This document shows positions 45,986 to 55,305 of a stretch of 64,000 bases of DNA, piece after piece (position 1 is the first letter of the stretch; every line of letters starts with the position of its first letter). The stretch covers positions 64,468-128,467 of the forward strand of contig JAJZZD010000001.1 in NCBI GenBank assembly GCA_021797745.1, read 5' to 3'. Made by a program: the position numbers and the translations under genes. The notes below the pieces were generated by a model, which had not been told where the DNA came from, made no database searches, and saw only the letters and a list, made by a program, of their open reading frames with translations. This DNA comes from Candidatus Micrarchaeota archaeon (GTDB lineage: Archaea; Micrarchaeota; Micrarchaeia; Micrarchaeales; CABMGC01).

Positions 45986-46360
45986 CTACCTGTTCAGCAG
46001 GAACCTCCTTATCGCAGACTTTACAATTGCAGGCTGCTTGGCACTTGTCGCGAATCTTACTTTGCTGACGCTGCTATGCCTGGCTTCATTGTAGCACTGC
46101 ATGCACATTATCCTGCGTTTCACTATTCCGTTCCTCACGTATGTATCCCTGTCCTGTATGTACGAAGGCGGCAGTATTTTTATGTCAAGCTTGCCCATGA
46201 GCTTGTTGCAGTTCATGCACGTGTTCTCTATGATGTAAATTAAGTCCTTGTCTTCGGTTTCATCCACGGAGCGCACTATGCCGTCGCATGCCGCCGCCTT
46301 CCTGTTGAATGACGTTTCCCCCCTCATGCTATCCATATTTTTCCCCATTTTTACACCCAC
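45986..46360 (-). CDS. Hypothetical protein with a putative zinc-binding CxxC pair
   Basis: 124 aa with 'CMNC' and 'CMQC' pairs. No further motif recognised. Confidence 0.45.
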   Translation of the reverse strand: MGVKMGKNMDSMRGETSFNRKAAACDGIVRSVDETEDKDLIYIIENTCMNCNKLMGKLDIKILPPSYIQDRDTYVRNGIVKRRIMCMQCYNEARHSSVSKVRFATSAKQPAIVKSAIRRFLLNR

Positions 46361-46550
46361 CTATTCCTATACCCCCCTCAATTATACTTTATGCGTTTTT
46401 TCATATATAAACATTGTGTTTTAGCGGAAGTGTTACTATGCTTTTCAGGGTTTGACTGCCAGGCACCTATCGCAGCCATCGCATTCACTGCAAATCTTTA
46501 AACACAATCCCGTAGCATAATATCAGTACAATGCGCCACAGGCGTTTTTA

Positions 46551-47423
46551 ATGCGGTACGTAATAGGCTTGGGAGGAAATGCGATCATAGGCAAAGGGTC
46601 GTTGGCAAGAATTTGCAGATATGCGGCAGAACTATACAGAAGTGGCAACGACGTTATGATTGTACACGGGAACGGACCCGAAGTGGGAGCGCTTTCATCA
46701 CTTGAAAACAAAAGTCTAGCCATTTTAACCGCCCAGACGCAGGCAGAAATAGGCATAGAAATAAGCGACAAAATAGACTCTTTTCTCGGCGTAAAGAGCG
46801 CTCAGAAAGCCGCCATAGTGATCACGCGTGTTGTCGTGAAAGAGCATGACAGCGAGTTCACAAATCCGTCAAAACCCATAGGTCGATTCTTAAGCAAAGG
46901 CGAAGCCATACGCCTGAAGGAGAGAGGATTTTGCATTAAGAAGTTAATTCACGGATACCGGCGCGTTGTCCCGTCACCGATGCCGCTTGACATTGTAGAG
47001 TTAAAGCAGATTGAAGACCTGCTGGACAGCAAGCACATCGTTATAGCCGCAGGCGGCGGAGGCATTTCTGTATTCAAAACAAAATATGGCTTCGGGCTGG
47101 CAAATGCCGTTGTGGATAAAGATTACACAAGTTCATTGCTTGCTATTAAAACCCGCGCAGATAGGCTGGTTCTTTTGACAAACGTCGATGGCGCCTTTGT
47201 AAATTTCGCCAGTAAGGAAAGCAGATTAATACGGGAAGTGAGTTCTAGCGAGCTTAGAGCGCTAGTGAAAGCTGGCCACTTTGAAAAAGGCAGCATGCTT
47301 CCAAAGGTAATGGCGTGTCTGAATTTCACGGAAAAAACTGGGAAAATCGCAGTGATAGGAAATTTGAGCAGGCCAGAACGCGTGTTCAGGGAAAAAATGG
47401 GAACAGTCATCGTGCCAGTTTAA
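46551..47423 (+). CDS. arcC: Carbamate kinase
   Basis: 'VIGLGGNAI', 'IVHGNGPEVG', 'NPSKPIGRF', 'GYRRVVPSPMPLDIVE', 'IAAGGGGISV', 'AVVDKDYTS' and 'GSMLPKV'. Confidence 0.9.
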   Translation: MRYVIGLGGNAIIGKGSLARICRYAAELYRSGNDVMIVHGNGPEVGALSSLENKSLAILTAQTQAEIGIEISDKIDSFLGVKSAQKAAIVITRVVVKEHDSEFTNPSKPIGRFLSKGEAIRLKERGFCIKKLIHGYRRVVPSPMPLDIVELKQIEDLLDSKHIVIAAGGGGISVFKTKYGFGLANAVVDKDYTSSLLAIKTRADRLVLLTNVDGAFVNFASKESRLIREVSSSELRALVKAGHFEKGSMLPKVMACLNFTEKTGKIAVIGNLSRPERVFREKMGTVIVPV

Positions 47424-48483
47424 CTGCATGCTCTACTTGCTTTTCTTTAGCGTCTGTTTTTATCCCATTTCTTTCGAATTGAGTGTTTGTAGCTATGCGA
47501 TTTTTATTTAGCGCGTTCAGCACCTTTGACTTTGAAACCGAACCTATGCCCAGCATTTCTGTTATCTTGTCCGTGGAATAAAACAACGGCGTGTCGTACT
47601 CGTTATCGATCAGCTCAATAAGCTCTCTTTCCTCATTTTCCTGCGCAATCTTTAGCATCTTTCCGGTTACTTTTTTGTCGTATAGATTTCCTAGCCAAAG
47701 AGGCCCGAAAATCTCATCGCTACCGCAATTATGCTTAAAGGACAAGCGCAAATTGTCGAAAGCGTTTTCTGACAAGTAAAATTCGTGCATTTTGTTGCAG
47801 TACATGCCCATTCCGCATTTTCTTACGCTCTCTACCGCATAGTCGGCGCCGTGCTTCAATCTCAAAAAGACACGCATGTAATGCAATTCGGCTACCGCAA
47901 GCACTGGCTCTATTCCGTAATTGAATTGGGCAGCAAGTTTTGCTATGTAGCTAATCAGGATTCTTACTCCAACTTCATGACACTGTTCGTTGTTCAGCGG
48001 TTTTGCAGCATAAAGTCTTACGCAAGCTTTTTTCTGCGCTCCGCACAGCGTAGCTGTATCAGTGGCAGTTATCATGAATATCGTTCCGTCTTTCGAGACT
48101 TTCATAAGGTCGTAGATGAATGGAACTGGCGTTCCAAAAGGGTCTAGATCTATTACGTCGAACTTTTCTTTTTCGTCATTTACGAATCTCTGCACACTTT
48201 CCCATTTTGCATTCAGCCTGAGTTTGTTCTTTCTCAGATTTGACTTGATGTTCGCAACTGCTTTTGGGTTCGCATCTATCAAGGTGACATTTTTGCATTT
48301 ACACTCAAGCGCATATCTTATCCCCCTGATTCCCGTAGCTGCCGTTGCGTCGAGCACTTTCGGATTCTTCATGTCTAATGATTTTAACAGAGCTACTGAA
48401 ATGTCTCTGAGTCTCTTCATCTTCGAGTTGTAAAAAATGCCGTCATTAACAGTTATTTTTGCTTTTCCTTCGGTTACCTGCAC
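47407..48483 (-). CDS. trm1: tRNA (guanine26-N2)-dimethyltransferase Trm1
   Basis: 358 aa. 'FYNSKMKRLRDISV', 'VLDATAATGIRGIRYALE' and 'FDVIDLDPFGTP'. The 3' end overlaps arcC convergently by 17 nt. Confidence 0.9.
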   Translation of the reverse strand: MQVTEGKAKITVNDGIFYNSKMKRLRDISVALLKSLDMKNPKVLDATAATGIRGIRYALECKCKNVTLIDANPKAVANIKSNLRKNKLRLNAKWESVQRFVNDEKEKFDVIDLDPFGTPVPFIYDLMKVSKDGTIFMITATDTATLCGAQKKACVRLYAAKPLNNEQCHEVGVRILISYIAKLAAQFNYGIEPVLAVAELHYMRVFLRLKHGADYAVESVRKCGMGMYCNKMHEFYLSENAFDNLRLSFKHNCGSDEIFGPLWLGNLYDKKVTGKMLKIAQENEERELIELIDNEYDTPLFYSTDKITEMLGIGSVSKSKVLNALNKNRIATNTQFERNGIKTDAKEKQVEHAVKLAR

Positions 48484-48503
48484 GGCATCACTTATTTATC
48501 GAT

Positions 48504-48743
48504 TTATCTGTCTTCTTTGCCTTTGAACTTTAAAATGGCGTCTAGCAGTCCATGCGCGTAGGATATGCAGGCGAACGACGTATGCACGTCTTTTTTGTCA
48601 AGCCAGCTCTTAGAATCTTTCGCATAAAGTTCGGCAAGGTCTACTATTTTCCTCTCCTGCTCGTTCAGCTCTCCTTTGTTGATTTTCTCCAGATTCTGGT
48701 AGAACATCTTTATGTCCTTCTCTATTCTTTCATTTATTTCCAT
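48504..48743 (-). CDS. DUF357-family small protein
   Basis: 79 aa. 'AKDSKSWLDKKDVHTSFACISYAHGLLDA' matches the DUF357 pattern. Confidence 0.65.
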   Translation of the reverse strand: MEINERIEKDIKMFYQNLEKINKGELNEQERKIVDLAELYAKDSKSWLDKKDVHTSFACISYAHGLLDAILKFKGKEDR

Positions 48744-48856
48744 CTTGATTACCGAATTTCAATTGCCGTGTTTACCAGTAGACCCATCTATTAATGATGC
48801 CTTATAAAAAGATATTAAATAATAACATATCAGCAATATAGTTATATGGTGTTTTA

Positions 48857-49456
48857 ATGGCAAATCAATTACCGTGGGACGACAATGTAGACATGTTCAT
48901 AAAAGACCTCGATACAAATCTGATTAAAAAATATGGTTTTGGCCTTCGAAATCTTTTCCTTAATCCTGAAAAATACATAGGCAAGGAAAATATATTAGAC
49001 ACAATAACGAACATGAAGAACGATGCGGACACCTATTTTTCAGACGTGCTTGAAGACTATGCAAACGAGCAGAAAAACCTTGATGTGCAATTGGAAACCA
49101 TCAACACAGAAAGCAGGCAGATAGACGAAGTAATAACAAACAAGGCGGCAGTAGCCAGGGTGCCGTACATAAAACCGATGCTGGTTAACCGGAACGTCGA
49201 AAGGGAGGAAACAATAATAATTGAGCACTATGATGAGAAATTCGACCAGTTCATAGGGAAAATGATTAACGGCTCAGACTACATTGCTGACGTATCGACG
49301 CCCTACAAGCAGTATGCATTCGGCGCTTGGCTGTTTTCTGGTGCTAAAAACTACGTACTCGCGCTTAATCCTCCCACAAGCCCAATAATAACCATTAACA
49401 CTGCCAACGACACCATAAACCGGCTTATCGGAGAAACGACGAAGCTACTTGGCTGA
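48857..49456 (+). CDS. Hypothetical protein, apparently co-transcribed with the Fap7-like kinase
   Basis: 199-aa ORF whose stop lies 3 nt before the next start. No motif recognised. Confidence 0.5.
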   Translation: MANQLPWDDNVDMFIKDLDTNLIKKYGFGLRNLFLNPEKYIGKENILDTITNMKNDADTYFSDVLEDYANEQKNLDVQLETINTESRQIDEVITNKAAVARVPYIKPMLVNRNVEREETIIIEHYDEKFDQFIGKMINGSDYIADVSTPYKQYAFGAWLFSGAKNYVLALNPPTSPIITINTANDTINRLIGETTKLLG

Positions 49457-49459
49457 TTT

Positions 49460-50020
49460 ATGCGCAGGATTTTAGTGATAACTGGGACTCCGTGCACAGG
49501 CAAGACTAGCCTTGCAGGTTTGTTGCACAAAAAAATCAGAGATAGCCGGGTCATAAACGTAAATAAGCTCGTAATCAATAAGCGTCTTTTTTCGGCATAT
49601 GCTGAAGACGGCAGCAAAATAGCCAAAATGGGTGCTCTAAGAAAAGAATTGTTGCGCGAGATCAATGACAGTTCCGGCGAGTTGCTAATTTTGGACGGCC
49701 ACCTGCTTTGCGATATTGAAATCCCAAATGCCATGGCAATAGTTCTTAGAGAGCATCTTAGTGTTTTGGAACGAAGAATGCAAAACAGAGGCTACGGAAA
49801 AAATAAAATCAATGAAAATATTATTTCAGAAGCAACCGATTACTGCGGAATTCACGCGAAGCAAAATTACAGCAAGGTTTTCGAACTCATGTCAGGATCT
49901 AAAGACGCATTCATTTCTGCAATCAAGATCGCACAAGGCCGAGAAGTCAAGCCAAAAAACATAGAACTATTGAAAGAACTCCTTCCTTTGATTGAAAAAG
50001 AGCACATGCTTTTGTCATGA
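49460..50020 (+). CDS. Fap7/AK6-like adenylate kinase / NTPase
   Basis: P-loop 'ILVITGTPCTGKTSLAG', 'LILDGHLLCDI' and 'AIVLREHLSVLERRMQNRGYGKNKINENIISE' parallel archaeal Fap7. Confidence 0.8.
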   Translation: MRRILVITGTPCTGKTSLAGLLHKKIRDSRVINVNKLVINKRLFSAYAEDGSKIAKMGALRKELLREINDSSGELLILDGHLLCDIEIPNAMAIVLREHLSVLERRMQNRGYGKNKINENIISEATDYCGIHAKQNYSKVFELMSGSKDAFISAIKIAQGREVKPKNIELLKELLPLIEKEHMLLS

Positions 50021-50038
50021 TTTGCTGTTGTGGTGCAA

Positions 50039-51415
50039 TCAGATAGAAATTTTTTGCAACAGACCACTGTAAACTAATTGTGCATATTCTGCAGGCACAT
50101 GACCTACAAATAATTTTGCACCAGACATCGAAATGTCCTTGTGCCTTTTCTTGAGCTTGCCAGTGACCACATATCTTAGCACTTCTTCCAGTTTAGAATA
50201 CTTGTTCTTTTCAAGCGCATATATTTTGTCATCAAAAAACGTGACGCCAAGCGCGTTCTTGTGCTTTTCCAAAAATTCCACCTGGGCTTCCTTCAATAAA
50301 ACACTCGGTCCTTTTGCTAGCCTTGACTTGAGCGTTTTTTTAGGCGCCAGCATGAATATCATACCTACATTTCCCTTTACTGAAGGTATCAAGTACCATA
50401 TTTCAAAGCCGAAGCGCTCCGCATAGTCTTTTATCAGCCACGACACTTTCCTAAGCTGCGGCCATATCGTATCCTCGCTTTTATCCGGCACTTTCATGCA
50501 TATCAGAAATGCGTCCAAACCCGAATCTGTCAAAAACTTTTCCAAGGATTGCTGATATCCGCTCGCTCTTTTTTTGTTTTCGAACAGTTTCATGCTTGGC
50601 TCTTTTACAAACTCCCTGGCTATGACTGTGAACTTTGAAAGAGACTCCTTTGAAACCGCAGCCGCGACATTCCTGTCCGTGTCTACTGGGTCTATCACAA
50701 CAAAATCAGAGTGGAACCGCTCTGTAATTTTCTTGTCGCTGATTGCTTCCCTCTTGGCTGGCGCCAACGCAATAGGGACTTTAATGTTCGACACAGCTTC
50801 AAGGGTATCGATAAGTGAGCCGAAATGGTGCACAAGCAGTTCGCAAAGGTAGCCGGAAAAACCTCCTGTTGCGACCTCTGCGCCGTAGATGCCATGCTGC
50901 AGCAGTAGATACTTCAATAGCCGCACGTCATCTCTCTGCCTATCACTTAAGTGCTTAATCATGAACTCCGCGTGCATCGGAGATCTATCTACTGCAGTTG
51001 CCATTTCCTCTATCTTGTCTATGTTGAAAGCAGGCACTATGTCTGCTTCTACGCCCATTGAGTTAAGATAAAGTTTCGTGTACGGATGTTCTGCATATCT
51101 TATTTCATACCTGTCCCTTTTGTCGCTAATTATTTTCTTGGCGTATTCCAAGCCTTTTTTAGTTATGTAGTCTCTTTTCAGCCTCCTGCCGAACAGAAGG
51201 AACACATCTATGTCCGACTCTCCGCGGAGCTGTGTGCCTCGCACTACCGAGCCAACAACCCGTATCTCGACTTCTTTAGGCACTATCTTCCTCAAAGCCG
51301 CAGTTATCTCGTTTATGTTTTCAGTGGTTTTTCTCAGCTCTTCTTCAGATGGCTTTATCTTGGCAAGAACCGACTCGAATATACGTTCTGCAGCCTTTTT
51401 GCCGTTTGCATTCAT
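50039..51415 (-). CDS. cca: CCA-adding enzyme (archaeal class I tRNA nucleotidyltransferase)
   Basis: 458 aa. 'VVGSVVRGTQLRGESDIDVFLLF' nucleotidyltransferase motif, 'YAEHPY' and 'VDRSPMHAEF'. Confidence 0.92.
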   Translation of the reverse strand: MNANGKKAAERIFESVLAKIKPSEEELRKTTENINEITAALRKIVPKEVEIRVVGSVVRGTQLRGESDIDVFLLFGRRLKRDYITKKGLEYAKKIISDKRDRYEIRYAEHPYTKLYLNSMGVEADIVPAFNIDKIEEMATAVDRSPMHAEFMIKHLSDRQRDDVRLLKYLLLQHGIYGAEVATGGFSGYLCELLVHHFGSLIDTLEAVSNIKVPIALAPAKREAISDKKITERFHSDFVVIDPVDTDRNVAAAVSKESLSKFTVIAREFVKEPSMKLFENKKRASGYQQSLEKFLTDSGLDAFLICMKVPDKSEDTIWPQLRKVSWLIKDYAERFGFEIWYLIPSVKGNVGMIFMLAPKKTLKSRLAKGPSVLLKEAQVEFLEKHKNALGVTFFDDKIYALEKNKYSKLEEVLRYVVTGKLKKRHKDISMSGAKLFVGHVPAEYAQLVYSGLLQKISI

Positions 51416-51488
51416 GTAAACATATTTAATAGAAAAAGCAGGTTTAAATACGTAGTAAGCAGTTTAAGCATAACAATAAGGATTTAAC

Positions 51489-52496
51489 ATGAAAGCCCAG
51501 GTAATTGCGCGTACTTCAAATGCTGAAAAATTTCCTCTTAAGATTATCAATGCAGACGTGCCCTCTCTGCGCGACCATGAAATAGAAATAGAAGTAAGCA
51601 AGTGCGCAGTATGCAGGACAGACCTGCACATAGTCGAAGGAGATCTGAAACCGCATCGCAAACGCGTGATTCCCGGACATCAAATTGTAGGCAGAGTGGT
51701 AAAAATCGGAAAAGAAGTCAAAGGTTTCAGGATAGGAGAACGCGTAGGGATAACTTGGATAAATTCGGTATGCGGCAAATGCAAGTTCTGCAAAGCCGGC
51801 AGAGAGAACCTGTGCAAGAGCATAAAATTTACGGGTTATGATGTGAACGGAGGCTATGCGCAGTTCGCGAAGGTAAACTCCGGGTTTGCCTTAAAGCTGC
51901 CAAAAACGTTCGATGACGAGCATGCTGCGCCTTTGCTGTGCGCTGGCATAATTGGATACAGAGCCTTCAAGCTATCCGGAGCAGGAAGAGGAAGCAAACT
52001 CGCTATGTTCGGGTTCGGAGGTGCGGCAAACATAACAATACAGGTTGCAAAATACATGGGTTGCAGGGTTTTTGTGTTCACGAGAAACAAAGCGCACAAA
52101 AAATCCGCTAAGAAGCTTGGCGCTGCGTGGGTCGGCGGACCGGATTCGGTGCCTAAAGAAAAATACGATGCGGCCATAATATTCGCTCCTGCCGGAGAGC
52201 TTGTTGTAAAAGCGCTAAAACACCTTGAAAGAGGAGGAAAGGTAATAATCGCAGACATACATATGAGTAAAATACCAGAAATTGATTACAATGACCTGTA
52301 TTTCGAAAAGTCGATAGCGAGCGTAGCAAATTATACTAGAAAAGACGCTGATGAATTTTTGGCATTGGCTGAAAAAATTCAGATAATTACACATGTTACT
52401 GAATTCGGGCTTGAAGATGCAAACAAGGCTCTGCTCGAGCTGAAGGAAAGCAAGATAAATGGCTCGGCGGTGCTTAATATAACAAATAATAAATAA
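51489..52496 (+). CDS. Zinc-dependent alcohol dehydrogenase (MDR family)
   Basis: 'CAVCRTDLHIVEGDL', 'GHQIVGRVV', the structural zinc site 'CGKCKFCKAGRENLC', and 'MFGFGGAA'. Confidence 0.92.
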   Translation: MKAQVIARTSNAEKFPLKIINADVPSLRDHEIEIEVSKCAVCRTDLHIVEGDLKPHRKRVIPGHQIVGRVVKIGKEVKGFRIGERVGITWINSVCGKCKFCKAGRENLCKSIKFTGYDVNGGYAQFAKVNSGFALKLPKTFDDEHAAPLLCAGIIGYRAFKLSGAGRGSKLAMFGFGGAANITIQVAKYMGCRVFVFTRNKAHKKSAKKLGAAWVGGPDSVPKEKYDAAIIFAPAGELVVKALKHLERGGKVIIADIHMSKIPEIDYNDLYFEKSIASVANYTRKDADEFLALAEKIQIITHVTEFGLEDANKALLELKESKINGSAVLNITNNK

Positions 52497-52527
52497 TCGA
52501 GATGTGGATAAACATCGAAACGGCAAA

Positions 52528-52636
52528 GGGCTCGTAGCGCAGTGGTAGCGCGTTTCGTTCGCAAGAAGCTTTTAGAAAAAGCTTCAGCAAAAATCGAAAA
52601 ACGAAGAGGTCGCGGGTTCGAATCCCGCCGAGTCCA
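52528..52636 (+). tRNA. tRNA-Ala (CGC) with a 37-nt canonical-position intron
   Basis: GGGCTCG-TA-GCGC-AGTGGTA-GCGC-G-TTTCG-TTCGCA[intron 52564..52600]A-CGAAG-AGGTC-GCGGG-TTCGAAT-CCCGC-CGAGTCC-A. The G3:U70 Ala identity pair is present. The intron holds a perfect 9-bp hairpin, GAAGCTTTT-AGA-AAAAGCTTC. Confidence 0.9.
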
Positions 52637-52661
52637 TCATTTAAAGCCAAAGGTATACTTT

Positions 52662-54224
52662 ATGAATTTTAAACAGAATAAAATCAGCATAGTGCTTATT
52701 CTTGCTCTGTTTATGCTCTCAATACTAATAATTTTAACTATTTATAACAAAGTGGGTTTAGGTTGGGATTTTACTGATATATACCTGACTGGAAAAAGCC
52801 TCGTAACGCCTGCTTTTTATCAGCAGTCACTGCCTCTAAATAATACTTACATTGTTTCATACAACGGCAATCTTTACAGATATGGCTCTTACTTTTTCAT
52901 AACTCCTTCACACATATATCTTTCGTTAGTGAGAGAACCATTGGTTCCTGTCTTTTTGGCACTCTTCCTGTTAATTTCACATGCTTATGCTATGCAAATT
53001 TATTTCATATTTTTATTAATTCTTTTGATACTATCCTCATTCTATGTTTCTAAGAAACTAGGTATTAATCCATTGATATTGGTGTCTCTCCTGTTAGCTC
53101 CCTATTTATTGCAGTGGACAGTTCTTTATACGAGTCAAGAAATGTTGTCCATAGTTTTTGCGTTGATTGCTATTGGCTTATTAGCAAAGAAAAGTCCATT
53201 TGTTGGAATCGCGCTGGCTCTAGTGGGTCTGACAAAATATCCTGGTCTTATCCTTTTCCCTTTAATTTTGTTGTTATTTGAGCGTAACAATGTCAAAAAA
53301 TCTATAATTAAATTATTCGAGGCTGTTGCGTTTTTCTTCGTGACAACTTTGCCGTGGCTATTGTTTAATTTTATGTACTTTTCGAATCCGCTTTTAAGTT
53401 ATGAACTATCATTATCTGAGGCGCTATCAAATAATGGCGCAGTTTCTATTTTTAATATATTTAATGCGCTGGACCAATTTCCTGCGATATTGACATATCC
53501 ACTTCTCATAATAGCTGGATGTTTAATAATAAAATTAATTCGCGTAAACGTAAAAAATCGCAAAAATGCAGTTTTGAATAAAATGACAAATTCATTTACA
53601 ACAGAGCATTTGGAAAATAGAACAACAAAATCCGGAGCAATTTCTAGAATTTTCTTATTAGATTATAAATATAAAATTATACTTTCATTTATTTTTCTTT
53701 CATCAATTGGATTTATTTTAGTTTATAACAATGTAGGCGCTCCTGAGCGTTTCGGTTATCTTTTATATGCAAGTGTTGCGCTATTGTCAACTCTTATGCT
53801 GAAATCCATAACTAACGAGTTTTCGGCAATTGGAAAATTTATACCATATTTTATAAGTGGTTTATCCATTATTTCACTTATTTTTATGTACTTTTTTTCA
53901 TTACCTGCCATAGAACAAACTATAATTAACTTTGAGGGCAGCGTAAATAATGCCACGATCTTAAATGCTGTTGCTTATTTGAATCATACTAATTTAGCTG
54001 GTTGTTCCGTGGTATCTAATGCGCAACCATTTCTCAATTATTATAACATCACAGCATATGACTCTGCCACTTTGTGTTCTTTAGCAGAATCTCATTATCC
54101 GATAGTTCTATTCAAAGATATCGGTCCTGCCATATACTGCAATTATCCTATAAATTCCAATGCAATACCTAGTAGTGGATATGTTATTGCAGTGCCGGCA
54201 AATTATATATGCCAAAGAAGTTAA
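52662..54224 (+). CDS. Polytopic membrane protein, GT-C-like glycosyltransferase candidate, in a low-GC segment
   Basis: Start moved to 'MNFKQNKISIV' because the tracked N-terminus overlaps tRNA-Ala. Many TM helices. 'GLTKYPGLILFPLILLLF' and the C-terminal soluble domain resemble the 20669..22366 protein. The first 100 nt contain 26 G+C by my count. Confidence 0.6.
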   Translation: MNFKQNKISIVLILALFMLSILIILTIYNKVGLGWDFTDIYLTGKSLVTPAFYQQSLPLNNTYIVSYNGNLYRYGSYFFITPSHIYLSLVREPLVPVFLALFLLISHAYAMQIYFIFLLILLILSSFYVSKKLGINPLILVSLLLAPYLLQWTVLYTSQEMLSIVFALIAIGLLAKKSPFVGIALALVGLTKYPGLILFPLILLLFERNNVKKSIIKLFEAVAFFFVTTLPWLLFNFMYFSNPLLSYELSLSEALSNNGAVSIFNIFNALDQFPAILTYPLLIIAGCLIIKLIRVNVKNRKNAVLNKMTNSFTTEHLENRTTKSGAISRIFLLDYKYKIILSFIFLSSIGFILVYNNVGAPERFGYLLYASVALLSTLMLKSITNEFSAIGKFIPYFISGLSIISLIFMYFFSLPAIEQTIINFEGSVNNATILNAVAYLNHTNLAGCSVVSNAQPFLNYYNITAYDSATLCSLAESHYPIVLFKDIGPAIYCNYPINSNAIPSSGYVIAVPANYICQRS

Positions 54225-54442
54225 GGCAGTTCTTTTCTTATCTGTTCAAGCCCTGTTATTTCACGAACTTACCGTATTCGCGCTGCTGGTTTTTCATAAA
54301 TACGCCGCAATAATTTAAATGCGCTTGCTTGCTGCGTTTGCATATGCATATATTTTTCACAATGATGCTCCATGTGATGAACTTAATTGTTATTAATCTG
54401 TTGTGCCTAACTATTTATTACCAAATATTTATTATCTATTGA

Positions 54443-54625
54443 GTGATAACGATGGAGACAATAGAATTTGAATTCACCAAGGACGGCCCTATTCTTGTAA
54501 AGAAAGACGGCAAAATGGAATTTGCTCTTTGCCGCTGCGGCCACTCTACCAAAAAGCCTTTCTGCAGCGGCGCGCACGTAAGTGCCGGGTTCAAAGCGGA
54601 TGCAAGCAGGTTGGAGCTGAAGTGA
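54443..54625 (+). CDS. CDGSH-type iron-sulfur domain protein
   Basis: 'CRCGHSTKKPFCSGAH' matches the C-x-C-x2-(S/T)-x3-P-x-C-D-G-(S/A)-H signature, with S in place of D. ATG 54452 is a likely start. Confidence 0.75.
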   Translation: MITMETIEFEFTKDGPILVKKDGKMEFALCRCGHSTKKPFCSGAHVSAGFKADASRLELK

Positions 54626-54693
54626 TAAAAGTATTTCAGGCTTTGTGCCTGTCAAACACAAACCCGTAAATTTAATGCCGTGCAGTTAACTGC

Positions 54694-55215
54694 ATGATAA
54701 AATATGCACTGTCAAATAACGCGAAGATACTTTTTGTAGGCATAAATCCGCATTTCGGTTCGTATGCGCGCGGCATACCATTTTCGAACAACAAGATGTT
54801 CTGGTACCTGCTTGGCAGCGCCGGCATAATAAAAGAAAAACGCGAAGACCTCAAAAATGACAAGACTCTGAAGCGGATATACTCAAAAAAATTTATTCGC
54901 GTTTACCGGCTTAATTTTACCAACATAATAACCAGACCTTCGCGCTCAGTTTCGCAGCTGCACAAAGGAGAGGAAATGAGCGGCAGGGTCCGAATACTTA
55001 AAATCATAAAAAGATATAAACCAAAAGTCGTGTGTTTTGTCGGAAGAATCACCTACCAAAAATTCACAGGAAATAGCAATTTTGCGTTTGGTTGGCAAGA
55101 TGACATTTACCGCTCAAAATCTTATGTCATGCACTTCCCCCTGAGAGGACGTGCAAAAATACGCATCGATGAGCTGAAAGAGGTAAACAAAGTCGCAGGC
55201 CATGTGGGAAAATAA
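54694..55215 (+). CDS. MUG/TDG-family (family 2) uracil/mismatch DNA glycosylase
   Basis: 'ILFVGINPHFGSYARGIPFSNNKMFWYLL', 'FTNIITRPSRSVSQL' and 'VMHFPLRG' align block-for-block with E. coli Mug (GINPG..., TKLVDRPT..., LPNPSGL). Confidence 0.75.
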   Translation: MIKYALSNNAKILFVGINPHFGSYARGIPFSNNKMFWYLLGSAGIIKEKREDLKNDKTLKRIYSKKFIRVYRLNFTNIITRPSRSVSQLHKGEEMSGRVRILKIIKRYKPKVVCFVGRITYQKFTGNSNFAFGWQDDIYRSKSYVMHFPLRGRAKIRIDELKEVNKVAGHVGK

Positions 55216-55305
55216 TGCGAAATTTGATATGCGATCCATACAAATCTATGTAATTAAGCCGCAGATGGAGACAAATAATAAAGTATCAGTTCGTAATAAA
55301 AACTT

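Noticed and set aside
47407-47423. 17-nt convergent overlap of the arcC and trm1 3' ends
   Set aside because: Short convergent overlaps are common in compact genomes, and nothing suggests a regulatory role.
52542-52661. N-terminal 40 codons of the tracked 560-aa ORF
   Set aside because: This part overlaps tRNA-Ala on the same strand; it translates the tRNA and its intron. The real start is the Met at 52662, which precedes the first TM helix.
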